Source: Candidatus Endomicrobium procryptotermitis (GTDB lineage Bacteria > Elusimicrobiota > Endomicrobiia > Endomicrobiales > Endomicrobiaceae). From it: a stretch of DNA of 64,000 bases. Both the position numbers and the translations under genes were made by a program. A model generated the notes under the pieces. It worked only from the letters and a program-made list of their open reading frames with translations. It did not search any database and was not told the DNA's origin. Positions within the stretch are counted from its first letter, which is position 1. The number at the start of each line of letters is the position of its first letter. This document shows, piece by piece, positions 21,588-32,250 of the stretch. Location of the stretch: NCBI GenBank assembly GCA_031279415.1, contig JAITIP010000025.1:11060-75059 (forward strand), in the 5' to 3' direction.

Positions 21588-22331
21588 TTAAAACGGAGAC
21601 TTCTTTAAATTTCCTTTTATTTCCGATTCCGTAAGTTTCTTGCCGTTTCTTTTGTCTTTATCAGGGCTTATAACGCCCATAGAAATGATAAACTGGAAAG
21701 CGTCTTCAATGGTATAATTCGTATTTTTAACATCTTCTTCTTTAAACAACAATAAAAAGCCCGTGGTCGGGTTAGGCGTCGTGGGCATAAAAGCGCAAAC
21801 ATGCCTTTCGCCGTCAACTTCATGATATCCTGTTAAAAAAGCTATTGAATATGAACCTTTGCTTGGGAAAGGAATCAAAACGACTTTTTTAAATCCATTA
21901 TTTTGTTCTTTGCCGAAAACAAAACGCACAAACTGTTTTGCGGCAGAATGAACCGTTCCCAAAAGAGGCACTTTTTCTATAAATTGTTCAAGCCAGCTGA
22001 GAAGAGTTTTTCCGACAACTCTGTTTGTGACAAAACCAAGCAAACATATACTTGCTATGGCGACAATGAAACAAATAAGCTTCTGAAACCTATATACCCA
22101 TATTTTGTCCGGCATAAATAAATCAAGCATGGGGATAAGATATGGAGCTGCAAAATTGCTTATCAAATTAAAAAGAATTGTTACTACAAAAAAAGTAAGC
22201 CAAAGGGGAATAATAACTATCAGACCCGTTGCCAAATATCTTTTAAGAAGAACCCCGATTCTTTTTTTTAAAGTTTTTTTCTGTAATATTCCGCCATGCC
22301 GCTGACTATCCTTTTCATTTTCCATATACAA
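21588..22331 (-). CDS. DUF502-family membrane protein
   Basis: 247 aa. N-terminal TM pair LATGLIVIIPLWLTFFVVTILF followed by the conserved soluble domain, as remembered for DUF502. Confidence 0.65.
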   Translation of the reverse strand: MYMENEKDSQRHGGILQKKTLKKRIGVLLKRYLATGLIVIIPLWLTFFVVTILFNLISNFAAPYLIPMLDLFMPDKIWVYRFQKLICFIVAIASICLLGFVTNRVVGKTLLSWLEQFIEKVPLLGTVHSAAKQFVRFVFGKEQNNGFKKVVLIPFPSKGSYSIAFLTGYHEVDGERHVCAFMPTTPNPTTGFLLLFKEEDVKNTNYTIEDAFQFIISMGVISPDKDKRNGKKLTESEIKGNLKKSPF

Positions 22332-23736
22332 AAGCTCTCCCTGCTTTTAAAAGTTTATTTACTTTTGTCTGACTGTCGGACTCGGCGTACACTCTCACTA
22401 CTGGTTCCGTACCGGAAAGTCTAAACCCTATCCATGTGCTGTTGTCCAAAATAAATTTATATCCGTCAATAGAAATATTCTTTTGCACTTTCATTGTGGC
22501 AAAATTTTCTGGAGATTTCGCTTTAAGTGTATTTCTGAAAGCTTCCATAGTTTCAAGTGGAAGATGAAAATTAAGCCTTGAAGTTATAATCTCGCCTGTA
22601 ATTTTTTTGATGTCTTTAAGCATAGCGGTCACAGATTTTTTATTCATCGCTACGGCTTCGGCTATCAGAAGACAGGCGAGTATACCGTCTTTTTCTGGAA
22701 TATGTCCCCGTATAGTAAGTCCTCCGGACTCTTCACCACCGATTATAAAATCTTTTGCATTATTTACCATAATTTCGCCGATATACTTAAATCCTACGGG
22801 AGTTTCTATGACCTGAACGCCGATTTTGTCAGCAAGCCTATCAAGCATATGGCTTGTCATAACGCTTCTGGCGGCAATTCCGTTCCAGCCTCTTGTTTTG
22901 TTCAAATGATAGAGCAAAACCGGAATTACTTGATTTGGCGTTATAAATTCCCCGTTCGAATCTATTATTCCAAATCTGTCGGCGTCCCCATCTGTGGACA
23001 GTCCCAATTTATAGGATTCTTTTCTTACCATTTGGAAAAGAGTATCAATATTTTTATTGTTCGGTTCTGGAGCACCATTCGGGGCAAACATAGTGTCCCT
23101 ATTCTTGTTTATGGTTTTATGTTTTATTCCGGCATCGTCAAACAAAGCGTCAAGATAATCGCTTCCGCAGCCGTGCAAAACATCTATTGCGACTTTCAGA
23201 TTAGCTTTTTTTAAAGCTTTGAAGTTCACAAGTTGTTTAATTTTTTTCATATAAGCCGTACGCGGATTGTGAATTTCTATAATTTTATTTTTAACTGCCT
23301 CTTCAAACGGCATTATCTTAACGTCTTTTATGCTTATGGAAGCGCAATACTTTTCTATTTTTTTTGTGGTTTCTGGCAAAGCAGGACCGCCCCATGACGG
23401 AGAATACTTTATTCCATTATATTTGTACGGATTATGACTGGCGGTAAAATTTATGCCGCCCGCAAGTTTTGAATTTATTATCTCAAAAGCTATTACAGGG
23501 GTAGGAGTGTTCCTTTTACAAAGCAATACTTTGATTGCATTTCCCGCCAGCACTTGTGCACAAACCTTCGCGAAATCTTCTGACATAAATCTCGTGTCAT
23601 AACCTATAATTACGGAAGCCTTCTTGTTTTCTTCGTTTATAAGTTTAGCGGCGGCTTGAGCCGCTATTCTTACATTGTCGTAAGTAAATTCTTCGGCAAT
23701 AATTCCTCTCCAGCCTGACGTTCCAAATTTAATCAT
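22315..23736 (-). CDS. Phosphoglucomutase/phosphomannomutase family protein
   Basis: 473 aa. Active-site loop FTASHNPYKYNGIK, metal loop STDGDADRFG and sugar-binding GEESGG. Confidence 0.9.
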   Translation of the reverse strand: MIKFGTSGWRGIIAEEFTYDNVRIAAQAAAKLINEENKKASVIIGYDTRFMSEDFAKVCAQVLAGNAIKVLLCKRNTPTPVIAFEIINSKLAGGINFTASHNPYKYNGIKYSPSWGGPALPETTKKIEKYCASISIKDVKIMPFEEAVKNKIIEIHNPRTAYMKKIKQLVNFKALKKANLKVAIDVLHGCGSDYLDALFDDAGIKHKTINKNRDTMFAPNGAPEPNNKNIDTLFQMVRKESYKLGLSTDGDADRFGIIDSNGEFITPNQVIPVLLYHLNKTRGWNGIAARSVMTSHMLDRLADKIGVQVIETPVGFKYIGEIMVNNAKDFIIGGEESGGLTIRGHIPEKDGILACLLIAEAVAMNKKSVTAMLKDIKKITGEIITSRLNFHLPLETMEAFRNTLKAKSPENFATMKVQKNISIDGYKFILDNSTWIGFRLSGTEPVVRVYAESDSQTKVNKLLKAGRAFVYGK

Positions 23737-23789
23737 AAATCTTTCCTCTGAAATTGTTGTTTAATTATCTTAAAAATATTGAGTTGGAA

Positions 23790-26288
23790 TTATTCCTGCC
23801 ATTGTTTGATTTTTTCGCCGTACATTTCAATAAATCCGGAAGCCGTGGATATATCTCTGGCTTCGGCCCAGATGTGAAAAAATGCTTCATCAGGATCGGG
23901 AACCAAAAGAACCCAACCGTTATTGAAATATATTTTTACCCCATCTATAAGTTCGGATTTTTTGCCTTTTGCATCTTCAATTGCTTTGCGCATCGCCTGT
24001 CCTTTTTTATCCCATGAACACGGAACCGCTTTATGCAAAACTTCAAAAGAAGGTATTTCACGGCTTATTCTGCTAAGCGACAAATTTTCCTCTGAAAGCA
24101 TTTCAATAACTTTCCCAATGGCGTACATGGCGTCAAAAGTATTTTGAAATTCCGGAAAAATGAAACCGCCCATACAGTCTCCTATGAAAGTTACTCCTTT
24201 GTCGTTGGCCGCGTTCATTATATTTCTCGGACTTGTAGCTGTTCTTTTAACTTTTGCACCAAACCGTTCGGCAAGCTCTTCGATTACGGAAGAAGCATTT
24301 ACGGGAACAGCAATAACTACATTTTTATGCGTTTTCATTACCAGATACGCGGCTATAAGCGTTGCCAAATCGTCTGGCACTATCTTTCCTTTTTCATCGA
24401 CTAAAAATAACTTTTCAGCGCCGGTATCTATCAAAAATCCGGCGTCAGATTTAAGAGTTATGACAATATCTGAAAGTTGACTAAGTGAATTGGAAAACTC
24501 TTCCTGAGATTTAGTAATTTTTGAAGAATTCGTAAAAGCGTTTAAAGCAACTACGTCAATATTCAATTCTCCCAAAATTGCGGGAAATATCATAGAAGCC
24601 GACGAGTAAGCATAGTCTATGACAATTTTTTGTTTAGAGTTTCTGATTTTGCCTTTTTTAATAGTGTTCAAATATCCTGTTTTGTAGTATTCTACTGCGC
24701 GCGGCGGGACAGTAATCTCGCCGACATCGTTCATGTTAGCGCGTTTAAAATCTTCCCTAAAAAAAAGCTGTTCGATGGCTTTTTCCTGATTTATTGAAAT
24801 ATCACTGCCTTTTGAATCAAAAAATTTTATATCGACAAGCCGCGGATCATAAGGCGACTGCCTTATGTGAATCCCACCGGCTTCGCCTTCGTTTCCTATT
24901 TCATATCTTACAACGGGGATGGGAGAACTTCTCAAATCTCCGACTTTTACTCCGGCCGAAAGAAGCCCCGAAATAATTCCTCTTTTTATCATTCTTGTAG
25001 CGCGATGGTCATCTCTTGACGTCAATATATATGAAGAGCTTCCTATATATGCTCCGTAAGCTGAGCCGATTTTTGCCGCAAATTCTGGGGTTATTTCTAT
25101 ATTTCCAAGCCCGGTTATGCCGTAAGCGTTAAATAAAGCTTTGTTCCATTTTTCTCCCCATACGAGACTGCTTGAAAGAATCGCACCTGCTTCGATGATT
25201 TTATGCGGCCAGATTCTGAGATTTGTCCTTATTATGGCGTCTGCTCCTATGCGGCATTCGTCAGCAATTATCGTACCTACTTGAACAACGACTCTGTCGC
25301 CGATTTTTGTGGAATTGCCTATCACGTCTTCTTTTAATCTAGCTTCTGTTCCTACAAATACATTTTCCCATAATATAGAGCCAAGAACTTCTGCACCTGA
25401 GCCGATCCTCACGTTTGAACCGATAACAGAACGGGAAATTCTCGCTCCATCTTCTATAACCACGTTGTCACCGAGCAGAACCTGCTCGTCAACTTCTACA
25501 TTATCGCCTATAACTACATTTCTGCCGGTAAGAATTTCCTTTCCGCCGATTTTTATCTTTTTTCCATCAAGGCTGATTTTTACTTTTCCGTCAAGAATAT
25601 CGTACTGAGCGAGCCTGTATTCATCATGATTGCCTATGTCTTTCCAGTAACCTTCAGCTATATAGCCGAACAAGGCTTTGCCTTCTCTGAGCAGCAAAGG
25701 ATATAAATCTTTGGAAAAATCAAAAGATTTTTCCTGAGGAATATAGTCGAAAATTTCTGGTTCTAAAATGTAAATTCCGGTATTTATCGTATCAGAAAAA
25801 ACTTCGCCCCATGACGGTTTTTCCAAAAATCTTTCGACTTTGCCGTCTTTATCTGTTATCACCACTCCAAATTGAAGAGGATTGTTTACTCTGGTAAGAA
25901 TCATCGTGGCCGCAGCTTTTTTCTTTTTATGGTATTCTACAGCCTTTGAAAGGTCAAAATCCGTCAGCACGTCGCCGGAAATTACTATAAAAGTATCATC
26001 AATATTTTTTTGGGCATATTTTACGCTGCCGGCTGTTCCCAAATCCGATTCTGGACGAAGATATTTTATTTTTATGCCTAAGTCTTTTCCGTCTCCGAAA
26101 TAATCAGTAATTATTTCAGGCTGATAATAAAGCATCATGGTTAAATCTTTGAAATCGTGTTTCTTGAGAAGGTCAATAATATGGCAAAGCATCGGTTTAT
26201 TTGCCATTGGCGCCATAGGTTTAGGAATACTGCATGTGATAGGCCTTAATCTTGTGCCAAATCCCCCAGCCATAATAACAGCCTGCAT
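23790..26288 (-). CDS. Bifunctional sugar-1-phosphate nucleotidylyltransferase (+ left-handed beta-helix) / phosphohexomutase fusion
   Basis: 832 aa. N-terminal MAGGFGTRLRPIT nucleotidyltransferase signature, hexapeptide-repeat middle and a C-terminal PGM/PMM-like half. Confidence 0.85.
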   Translation of the reverse strand: MQAVIMAGGFGTRLRPITCSIPKPMAPMANKPMLCHIIDLLKKHDFKDLTMMLYYQPEIITDYFGDGKDLGIKIKYLRPESDLGTAGSVKYAQKNIDDTFIVISGDVLTDFDLSKAVEYHKKKKAAATMILTRVNNPLQFGVVITDKDGKVERFLEKPSWGEVFSDTINTGIYILEPEIFDYIPQEKSFDFSKDLYPLLLREGKALFGYIAEGYWKDIGNHDEYRLAQYDILDGKVKISLDGKKIKIGGKEILTGRNVVIGDNVEVDEQVLLGDNVVIEDGARISRSVIGSNVRIGSGAEVLGSILWENVFVGTEARLKEDVIGNSTKIGDRVVVQVGTIIADECRIGADAIIRTNLRIWPHKIIEAGAILSSSLVWGEKWNKALFNAYGITGLGNIEITPEFAAKIGSAYGAYIGSSSYILTSRDDHRATRMIKRGIISGLLSAGVKVGDLRSSPIPVVRYEIGNEGEAGGIHIRQSPYDPRLVDIKFFDSKGSDISINQEKAIEQLFFREDFKRANMNDVGEITVPPRAVEYYKTGYLNTIKKGKIRNSKQKIVIDYAYSSASMIFPAILGELNIDVVALNAFTNSSKITKSQEEFSNSLSQLSDIVITLKSDAGFLIDTGAEKLFLVDEKGKIVPDDLATLIAAYLVMKTHKNVVIAVPVNASSVIEELAERFGAKVKRTATSPRNIMNAANDKGVTFIGDCMGGFIFPEFQNTFDAMYAIGKVIEMLSEENLSLSRISREIPSFEVLHKAVPCSWDKKGQAMRKAIEDAKGKKSELIDGVKIYFNNGWVLLVPDPDEAFFHIWAEARDISTASGFIEMYGEKIKQWQE

Positions 26289-26701
26289 AATTATTTACCT
26301 CTCTTCTGTAAATTTTTTTAAATCTTAGGGAATTTATAAAATTTACTGAAATGTAAAGCAATTTTACTAAATTTAACCGTTAAAATCAAAAACCATATTT
26401 ATTTTTTAAAAAGTACAGTAAATAACAGAATCTATTATCGTGAAAATTCATGCGAAATGCATGAAAAAATATTTCCGGCACAGAGTTTTTTATTAGTCTG
26501 ATAAATTTTCTGTTTGTCAATTTTGTATTCCGTCGATAAAATAGAATTATCTGCTTTTGCATGCAGGAAAACACCAGGGGAAGGAACTATGTTACTTTTT
26601 ATATTAAAGAATTCTCTATTCAAAAACAAGCAATGGTTAAAAATTAAAAACCTATGAAGCCTTAAATAATTATAATCAAATTGTTTTTGTTTAACAAATT
26701 T

Positions 26702-26908
26702 TCACGAGCCGTCAAAACGGTGATTTTTGAAGAGAGAAATAATATATGTTATCATAGATAAAAGAATATAGTCGGGGGATATGATAACACAATGCACACA
26801 TTGCGGCACAGATATGTAAGAATATATCGCATCCACAGATTGACTGTTCATCCCGTTCATAATATATAGATTGTCATTTGTGTATAATGTGTTTTTCATT
26901 ATTATCAC
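26702..26908 (-). pseudogene. Remnant of a DNA methyltransferase N-terminus
   Basis: MKNTLYTNDNLYIMNGMNSQSVDAIY matches the usual start of N4/N6 methylases (LY.GDNL..M..L.D.SVDLIY). The (D/S)PP(Y/F) motif and the rest of the enzyme are missing. It lies in a 760-bp gene-poor stretch beside tRNA-Leu. Confidence 0.3.
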
Positions 26909-27052
26909 TTTGGGAAATAATTAAATTTATCTAATATTGTCTATTTGTTGATATATGTCTGCATATATTTTGAAGATTTTTTCTTATTTGCGCTAATGCA
27001 AATACAATTTATCATCGTAAAGCGTTATTATAAAAAGATAAAAAAATTAAAA

Positions 27053-27136
27053 TGCCGAGGACGGGATTTGAACCCGTACCGCCCTTGCGGGGACAGGCTT
27101 CTGAGACCTGCGTGTCTGCCGTTCCACCACCTCGGC
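27053..27136 (-). tRNA. tRNA-Leu (anticodon CAG), long variable arm
   Basis: The reverse complement reads GCCGAGG-TG-GTGGAACGGCAGACAC-G-CAGGT-CTCAGAA-GCCTG-(variable arm CCCCGCAAGGGCG)-GTACGGGTTCAAATCCCGT-CCTCGGC-A. Acceptor, anticodon and T arms all pair. Confidence 0.9.
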
Positions 27137-27193
27137 GTTTTTTAATATTTTTTATAGTTTACCTTAAAAGACACAATAAAACAATCTCACATT

Positions 27194-28618
27194 TTATCCG
27201 TTGATTATATCCATTTCTATAACGCGCATTTTCTTCCATTTGTACGTTTTATATCTGAAATAAAAAGACAAAGCAAGAGATATGGCGTATAAAACCATTA
27301 TGCTCCAGCCGACATATAAACCAAGTTTAAGAATTATTACAACTATATATATAGGTACTGCTGCAAAAAAAATTGATAAGGTTATCAGCAGTTTCATGAC
27401 AAAAGCAGTGTCTCCTGCGCCTTTTATTGCGGAAGCAAAAATAATATTCATAGGGTCAAAAACGGAATATAAGGCAATAAATCTCAAAAGGTTTATCACC
27501 ATGGGACGTATCTGTTCTATTATCTCGGCTTCGGCACCTTTTGAAAATGGATAGATAAACAGGTTTGGAATTAAGATAAAAGCCAACACCATAATAAATA
27601 TATAAGAATATATAATGTGTAAAGCCGTATACACACTTCTTTCAGCTAAAGAAGCTTTATTTTTTCCGAGAAACTGCCCCACAAGTATTGAAGTCGTAAT
27701 TCCGCAGCCTATCAGCGGCATAAAAGCCAAATTATTTATGTTAAGTGCAATGTTTGAAGCTGAAAGTTCAAGTTCTCCTAAAGTGCCTATTACAAGAACA
27801 AAAAAAGTAAATCCTGACATGTCAAAAAAGAGCTGGACTCCGTTTGGAAAACCAAACTTTAGAAGTCTCTTTATGAAAGTAAAATCCGGCACTAATTTTC
27901 TCGTATTGTAAATTTTATTGTTTGTTCTTGAGGTAATAAGCGCCGCAAATATTATAAACATTGTAACTGCGCCGATAATTGTTGCCAGCGCGGCTCCGGT
28001 TATTGCGAGTTCCGGAAAGCCTGCTTTTCCAAAAATAAGAAAATAATCAAAAAGTATATTTACCAATATACCTATAACATTCACTATCAAAACTATTTTA
28101 GTTTTTCCTCTTCCCGCATAGAATCCTGACAAAGCTGAAGCCGCTAAAGAAGGAAATGCCCCATAGCATAAAACTTTAAAATATTTTATTTCCTCAGCAG
28201 CTACAACAGGGACATGTCCTATAAAAATGAATATTTTTTCAGAAAACAAAGAGATTAGAAGCAATATAAAAGCGCCTATAAATGCTAAATAAAAACTTTG
28301 CCAAACGGAAGGTCCTATCGATATATATTCCTTTTTCCCGTAGTATTGTGAAACAAATACATCAACATAAGTTATAGTGCCTACAAAAATGCTCATAATT
28401 GAGAAATTCAATACGCCGGCAGGCAGAGATGCGGCAAAAGCTTCTTTTGAATGCCAAGCTAAAAAGAATCTGTTTATAAAAGTTTGTGTTGCCCATGCGC
28501 CCGTTGAAATTATAAGAGGGAGTGCGATTTTAAAAAAATCTAAATATCCGCCGCGGCATTTCCATCTTTTCTTAAATTTATGAATTAATTTTTTTATTTT
28601 CATGATAATCCTTTCCAA
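27194..28618 (-). CDS. MATE family efflux transporter
   Basis: 474 aa with 12 predicted TM helices and typical MATE N-terminal sequence (LPLIISTGAWATQTFINRFFL). Confidence 0.85.
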   Translation of the reverse strand: MERIIMKIKKLIHKFKKRWKCRGGYLDFFKIALPLIISTGAWATQTFINRFFLAWHSKEAFAASLPAGVLNFSIMSIFVGTITYVDVFVSQYYGKKEYISIGPSVWQSFYLAFIGAFILLLISLFSEKIFIFIGHVPVVAAEEIKYFKVLCYGAFPSLAASALSGFYAGRGKTKIVLIVNVIGILVNILFDYFLIFGKAGFPELAITGAALATIIGAVTMFIIFAALITSRTNNKIYNTRKLVPDFTFIKRLLKFGFPNGVQLFFDMSGFTFFVLVIGTLGELELSASNIALNINNLAFMPLIGCGITTSILVGQFLGKNKASLAERSVYTALHIIYSYIFIMVLAFILIPNLFIYPFSKGAEAEIIEQIRPMVINLLRFIALYSVFDPMNIIFASAIKGAGDTAFVMKLLITLSIFFAAVPIYIVVIILKLGLYVGWSIMVLYAISLALSFYFRYKTYKWKKMRVIEMDIING

Positions 28619-28760
28619 ACGACATACATTATATATAATTCTCCCAGTCTTTTATTAAATGGCATTTATTTGAATTTTAAAAGCCGTGTTAATTAAGATT
28701 TAAAAGCGGATTAGTTTTAGGAAGGATTTCAAATTAAAATTGGAAAAATACTTTAACCCA

Positions 28761-28805
28761 ACAAAAAGCCAGTGCAAGCCGCCGACACGACCTGCGGCTA
28801 TGGCT
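28761..28805 (-). terminator. Rho-independent terminator downstream of rex
   Basis: On the minus strand: AGCC-AT-AGCCGC-(loop)-GCGGCT-TGCACT-GGCT followed by TTTTTGT. Confidence 0.5.
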
Positions 28806-28832
28806 TCCCGAAGACTTACATGATAAAACGCG

Positions 28833-29447
28833 TCATTGTCCGTGATTAATCGTAAACTGTAAGAAATTTCCTATTAAATTTTCATTCCACACTTCAACAC
28901 CTTCCGCTGCTTCTATGACACATGGAGAAAAATTCCATATATACTTGATACCGGATTTTGCAAGCAATTCCGCAACGGATTGTGCAAATTGTCTAGGTAC
29001 GGTTAAAATGGCAATATTTACATTTAAACTTTGCGCCAAACTTTTCAATTTTGAAATATGAAGGACCTCTTTGTTATTTATTGAAAGTCCGACTTTTAGC
29101 GGATCGTTATCAAAAAGAGCCAATATATTAAATCCGTAAAGTCCAAAATTATCGTATTTGGCCAAAGCCATTCCGAGATTTCCTGCACCGACAATAAATG
29201 CTTCTTTGGTTTTGACAAAACCTAAAAAATTTTCGATGGATTTTTTTAACTCAACTACCGAATATCCAACTTTACATATTCCGCTGTTGTTAAGCAGCTT
29301 CAAATCTTTTCTTACCTGCGAGGCATCTATTTTAAGCAGGAGCGCTATCTGCGGACTTGTGATATTATAGACGCCTTTTTCCATATATCCGACAAGAATA
29401 TTATGATACAACGTAAGCCTGTTAATTACTTTGTCAGATAATTTCAT
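28833..29447 (-). CDS. rex: Redox-sensing transcriptional repressor Rex
   Basis: 204 aa. N-terminal wHTH (RLTLYHNIL...SPQIALLL) and Rossmann motif VGAGNLG. It starts 3 nt after the adhE stop. Confidence 0.9.
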   Translation of the reverse strand: MKLSDKVINRLTLYHNILVGYMEKGVYNITSPQIALLLKIDASQVRKDLKLLNNSGICKVGYSVVELKKSIENFLGFVKTKEAFIVGAGNLGMALAKYDNFGLYGFNILALFDNDPLKVGLSINNKEVLHISKLKSLAQSLNVNIAILTVPRQFAQSVAELLAKSGIKYIWNFSPCVIEAAEGVEVWNENLIGNFLQFTINHGQ

Positions 29448-29450
29448 TTT

Positions 29451-32057
29451 TTATATTTCTCCATTATATGCTTTTATAAGCAGTTCTTTTAAATCTTTTA
29501 CAAGCGGATAAACTGGATTTGCTCCGGTGCATTGGTCATCGAAAGCAAGTTCCGCCAGTTTGTCGACTTTAGCGTAAAATTTGTCTTCTGGAATGCCGGC
29601 TTCTTTAATTGAAAGAGGTATGCCCACTTCCCGCTTGAGCGTGGTTATGGCATTTAAAAGCAGTTCTATTTTTTCATCATCATTATTTCCTCCGAGGTCT
29701 AATTCATCTGCAATTTGTCCATATTTTGTTTTGGCATTCGGATATTTATACTGGGGGAATATACCCTGCTTTTTGGGGCAGTCAGTAGCATTAAAACGTA
29801 TTACCTGATTTATCAGTAAAGCGTTTGCGATGCCGTGAGGGATATTAAATGCCGCTCCGAGCTTATGCGCCATAGAATGACATATTCCCAAAAACGCATT
29901 TGCAAAAGCCATGCCGGCAAGAGTGGATGCATAATGCATTTTTTCTCTTGCAATCGGATCGTCTTTACCGTCTTTATAAGAGCGCGGCAGATATCTAAAT
30001 ATCAATTTTACAGCTTCAAGCGCCGGTGAGTTTGTAAAATTTGTAGCAAGCACTGACACATAAGCTTCTACAGCATGTGTTAAAGCATCTATCCCCGAAG
30101 CTGCACACAAACTTTTAGGCATAGAATCTACAAAATTCGGATCTATAATAGCCATGTCCGGTGTAAGAGCATAATCGGCAATAGGATATTTTATATGTGT
30201 TTTATCATCGGTAATAACAGCGAATGGCGTAACTTCAGAACCTGTTCCCGAAGTTGTAGGAATGGCGACGAGTTTTGTTTTTGTTCCCAAATCAGCAATT
30301 GAGCAGATTCTTTTTCTTATATCCATAAATCTCATGGCTATATCATCAAAATCCGTTTCCGGATGTTCGTACATCAGCCACATAATTTTTGCGGCATCTA
30401 TCGGCGAACCTCCACCGAAAGCTATTATAACGTCCGGCTGATAAGTTCTTATCATCTGCAAAGCGTCATCTATAGTTGAAAGCGTTGGCTCGGGCTTTAC
30501 ATCGAAAAAAATTTGATAATCTATTCCAACTTCTTCAATTATTCTTGTAATATTATACACCGACCCGGAATCAAATAAAAATCTGTCCGTTACTATAAAA
30601 GCGCGCTTTTTCCCTGCAAGTTCGCGCAAAGCCAAATCCGTCGCGCCGCGCTTAAAATAAATTTTCGGAGGAACTTTAAACCAAAGCATGTTTTCCCTTC
30701 TTTCTGCAACTGTTTTATAATTCAGTAAATGTTTTACTCCGACGTTTTCACTCACGGCATTTCCTCCCCAAGAACCGCAGCCTAAGGTTAAAGACGGCTC
30801 TATTTTAAAATTATACAAATCTCCTATTGCGCCCTGCGAAGATGGAGAATTTACAAGAATACGGCCGGCGTGAATTTTTCCGGCAAAAAAATCTATTCTG
30901 TCGGACTTTCTTTCATCCGTATAAAGAACGCCTGTATGTCCCGCTCCGCCCAGTTCCACAAGCTGATGAGCTTTTGAAACCGCGTCTTCAAAATTCTCCG
31001 CTCTATACGCTGCTATTACGGGTGAGAGTTTTTCGTGGGAAAACTCTTCGTCGATTGTTGTTTTTTCGGCTTCTCCCACAAGAACTTTCACGTCAGTTGC
31101 CACGCTTACTCCTGCCATCTGTGCTATTTTCGTTGCAGGCTGCCCTACGATATTTGCGTTCAATTTGCCGTCAATAATTATCGTTTTTGCGACTTTCTCT
31201 TTTTCTTCCGCATTTAAAATATATGCACCTCTGAGTTTTAATTCGTCAATAACTTTATCATAAATGTCCTGCACTATTATAATTGATTGTTCAGAAGAGC
31301 AAATCATGCCGTTGTCAAAAGTTTTAGACATAAGTATCGAAGATACGGCCGTTTGAATATTTGCTGTCTCATCGATAATGGCAGGAGTGTTTCCTGCGCC
31401 GACGCCCAAAGCCGGTTTTCCCGAAGAATAAGCGGCTTTCACCATTCCCGGCCCGCCGGTTGCAAGAATTGTGGCTATATCTTTATGAGTTATAAGAATG
31501 TTGGTCAATTCGAGAGAGGGGACATCTATCCAGCCTATAATGTCTTTAGGCGCTCCGGCTTTTATGGCCGCTTCAAGAACTATTTTAGCTGCAGCTATCG
31601 TAGCGGCTTTTGCCCGAGGATGAGGAGAAAAAATTATGGCATTTCTGGTTTTTAAAGAAATTAAAGACTTAAAAATAGCCGTCGAAGTGGGATTTGTTGT
31701 AGGCACGATTCCCGCTATTACACCTAAAGGTTCCGCCACGATTTTAATGCCATTGGGTTTATCCTCTTTGATTATTCCACAGGTCTTTGCATTTTTATGT
31801 TTATTATAAATGTATTCTGAAGCAAAATGATTTTTTATAACTTTATCTTCAAGCACGCCCATACCTGTTTCTTCAACAGCCATTCTGGCAAGACTGATTC
31901 GTTCTTGATTTGCAGCAACCGCTGCCGCCTTAAAAATTTTGTCAACATGCTCCTGCGGGTAAGTTGAAAATATCAGCTGCGCTTTTTTTACACGCGCAAT
32001 AAGCTCTTCAAGAGCCATAACACTGTCAACAGTAGGGTAATTTGTTTCTTTTTCCAT
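29451..32057 (-). CDS. adhE: Bifunctional acetaldehyde-CoA/alcohol dehydrogenase AdhE
   Basis: 868 aa. The N-terminal ALDH domain has a catalytic Cys region (FDNGMICSSEQ). The C-terminal half is an iron-type ADH domain (GGGSPIDAAK, HSMAHKLG). Confidence 0.95.
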   Translation of the reverse strand: MEKETNYPTVDSVMALEELIARVKKAQLIFSTYPQEHVDKIFKAAAVAANQERISLARMAVEETGMGVLEDKVIKNHFASEYIYNKHKNAKTCGIIKEDKPNGIKIVAEPLGVIAGIVPTTNPTSTAIFKSLISLKTRNAIIFSPHPRAKAATIAAAKIVLEAAIKAGAPKDIIGWIDVPSLELTNILITHKDIATILATGGPGMVKAAYSSGKPALGVGAGNTPAIIDETANIQTAVSSILMSKTFDNGMICSSEQSIIIVQDIYDKVIDELKLRGAYILNAEEKEKVAKTIIIDGKLNANIVGQPATKIAQMAGVSVATDVKVLVGEAEKTTIDEEFSHEKLSPVIAAYRAENFEDAVSKAHQLVELGGAGHTGVLYTDERKSDRIDFFAGKIHAGRILVNSPSSQGAIGDLYNFKIEPSLTLGCGSWGGNAVSENVGVKHLLNYKTVAERRENMLWFKVPPKIYFKRGATDLALRELAGKKRAFIVTDRFLFDSGSVYNITRIIEEVGIDYQIFFDVKPEPTLSTIDDALQMIRTYQPDVIIAFGGGSPIDAAKIMWLMYEHPETDFDDIAMRFMDIRKRICSIADLGTKTKLVAIPTTSGTGSEVTPFAVITDDKTHIKYPIADYALTPDMAIIDPNFVDSMPKSLCAASGIDALTHAVEAYVSVLATNFTNSPALEAVKLIFRYLPRSYKDGKDDPIAREKMHYASTLAGMAFANAFLGICHSMAHKLGAAFNIPHGIANALLINQVIRFNATDCPKKQGIFPQYKYPNAKTKYGQIADELDLGGNNDDEKIELLLNAITTLKREVGIPLSIKEAGIPEDKFYAKVDKLAELAFDDQCTGANPVYPLVKDLKELLIKAYNGEI

Positions 32058-32081
32058 ACTTCTTTCTCCTTTTATATTTAT

Positions 32082-32099
32082 TTGTGATTTATTTCACTA
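32082..32099. promoter_or_regulatory. Putative Rex operator 1 (TTGTGA-N6-TCACTA) in the adhE leader
   Basis: The GTGA-N6-TCAC core lies about 25 nt upstream of the adhE start, just distal to the AGGAGA RBS. Confidence 0.5.
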
Positions 32100-32250
32100 T
32101 TATTTAACTTATAAAAAACGCAGCCCGCAAATATAAACAGTTTGCAGTCCGCTTAACGGTGCTTATCATTACGAATAACAAGCAATGAATATAATTATGA
32201 CAGTATATTTATATCATTAGAACTTATTTAAATAATGACCGTTATAATAT

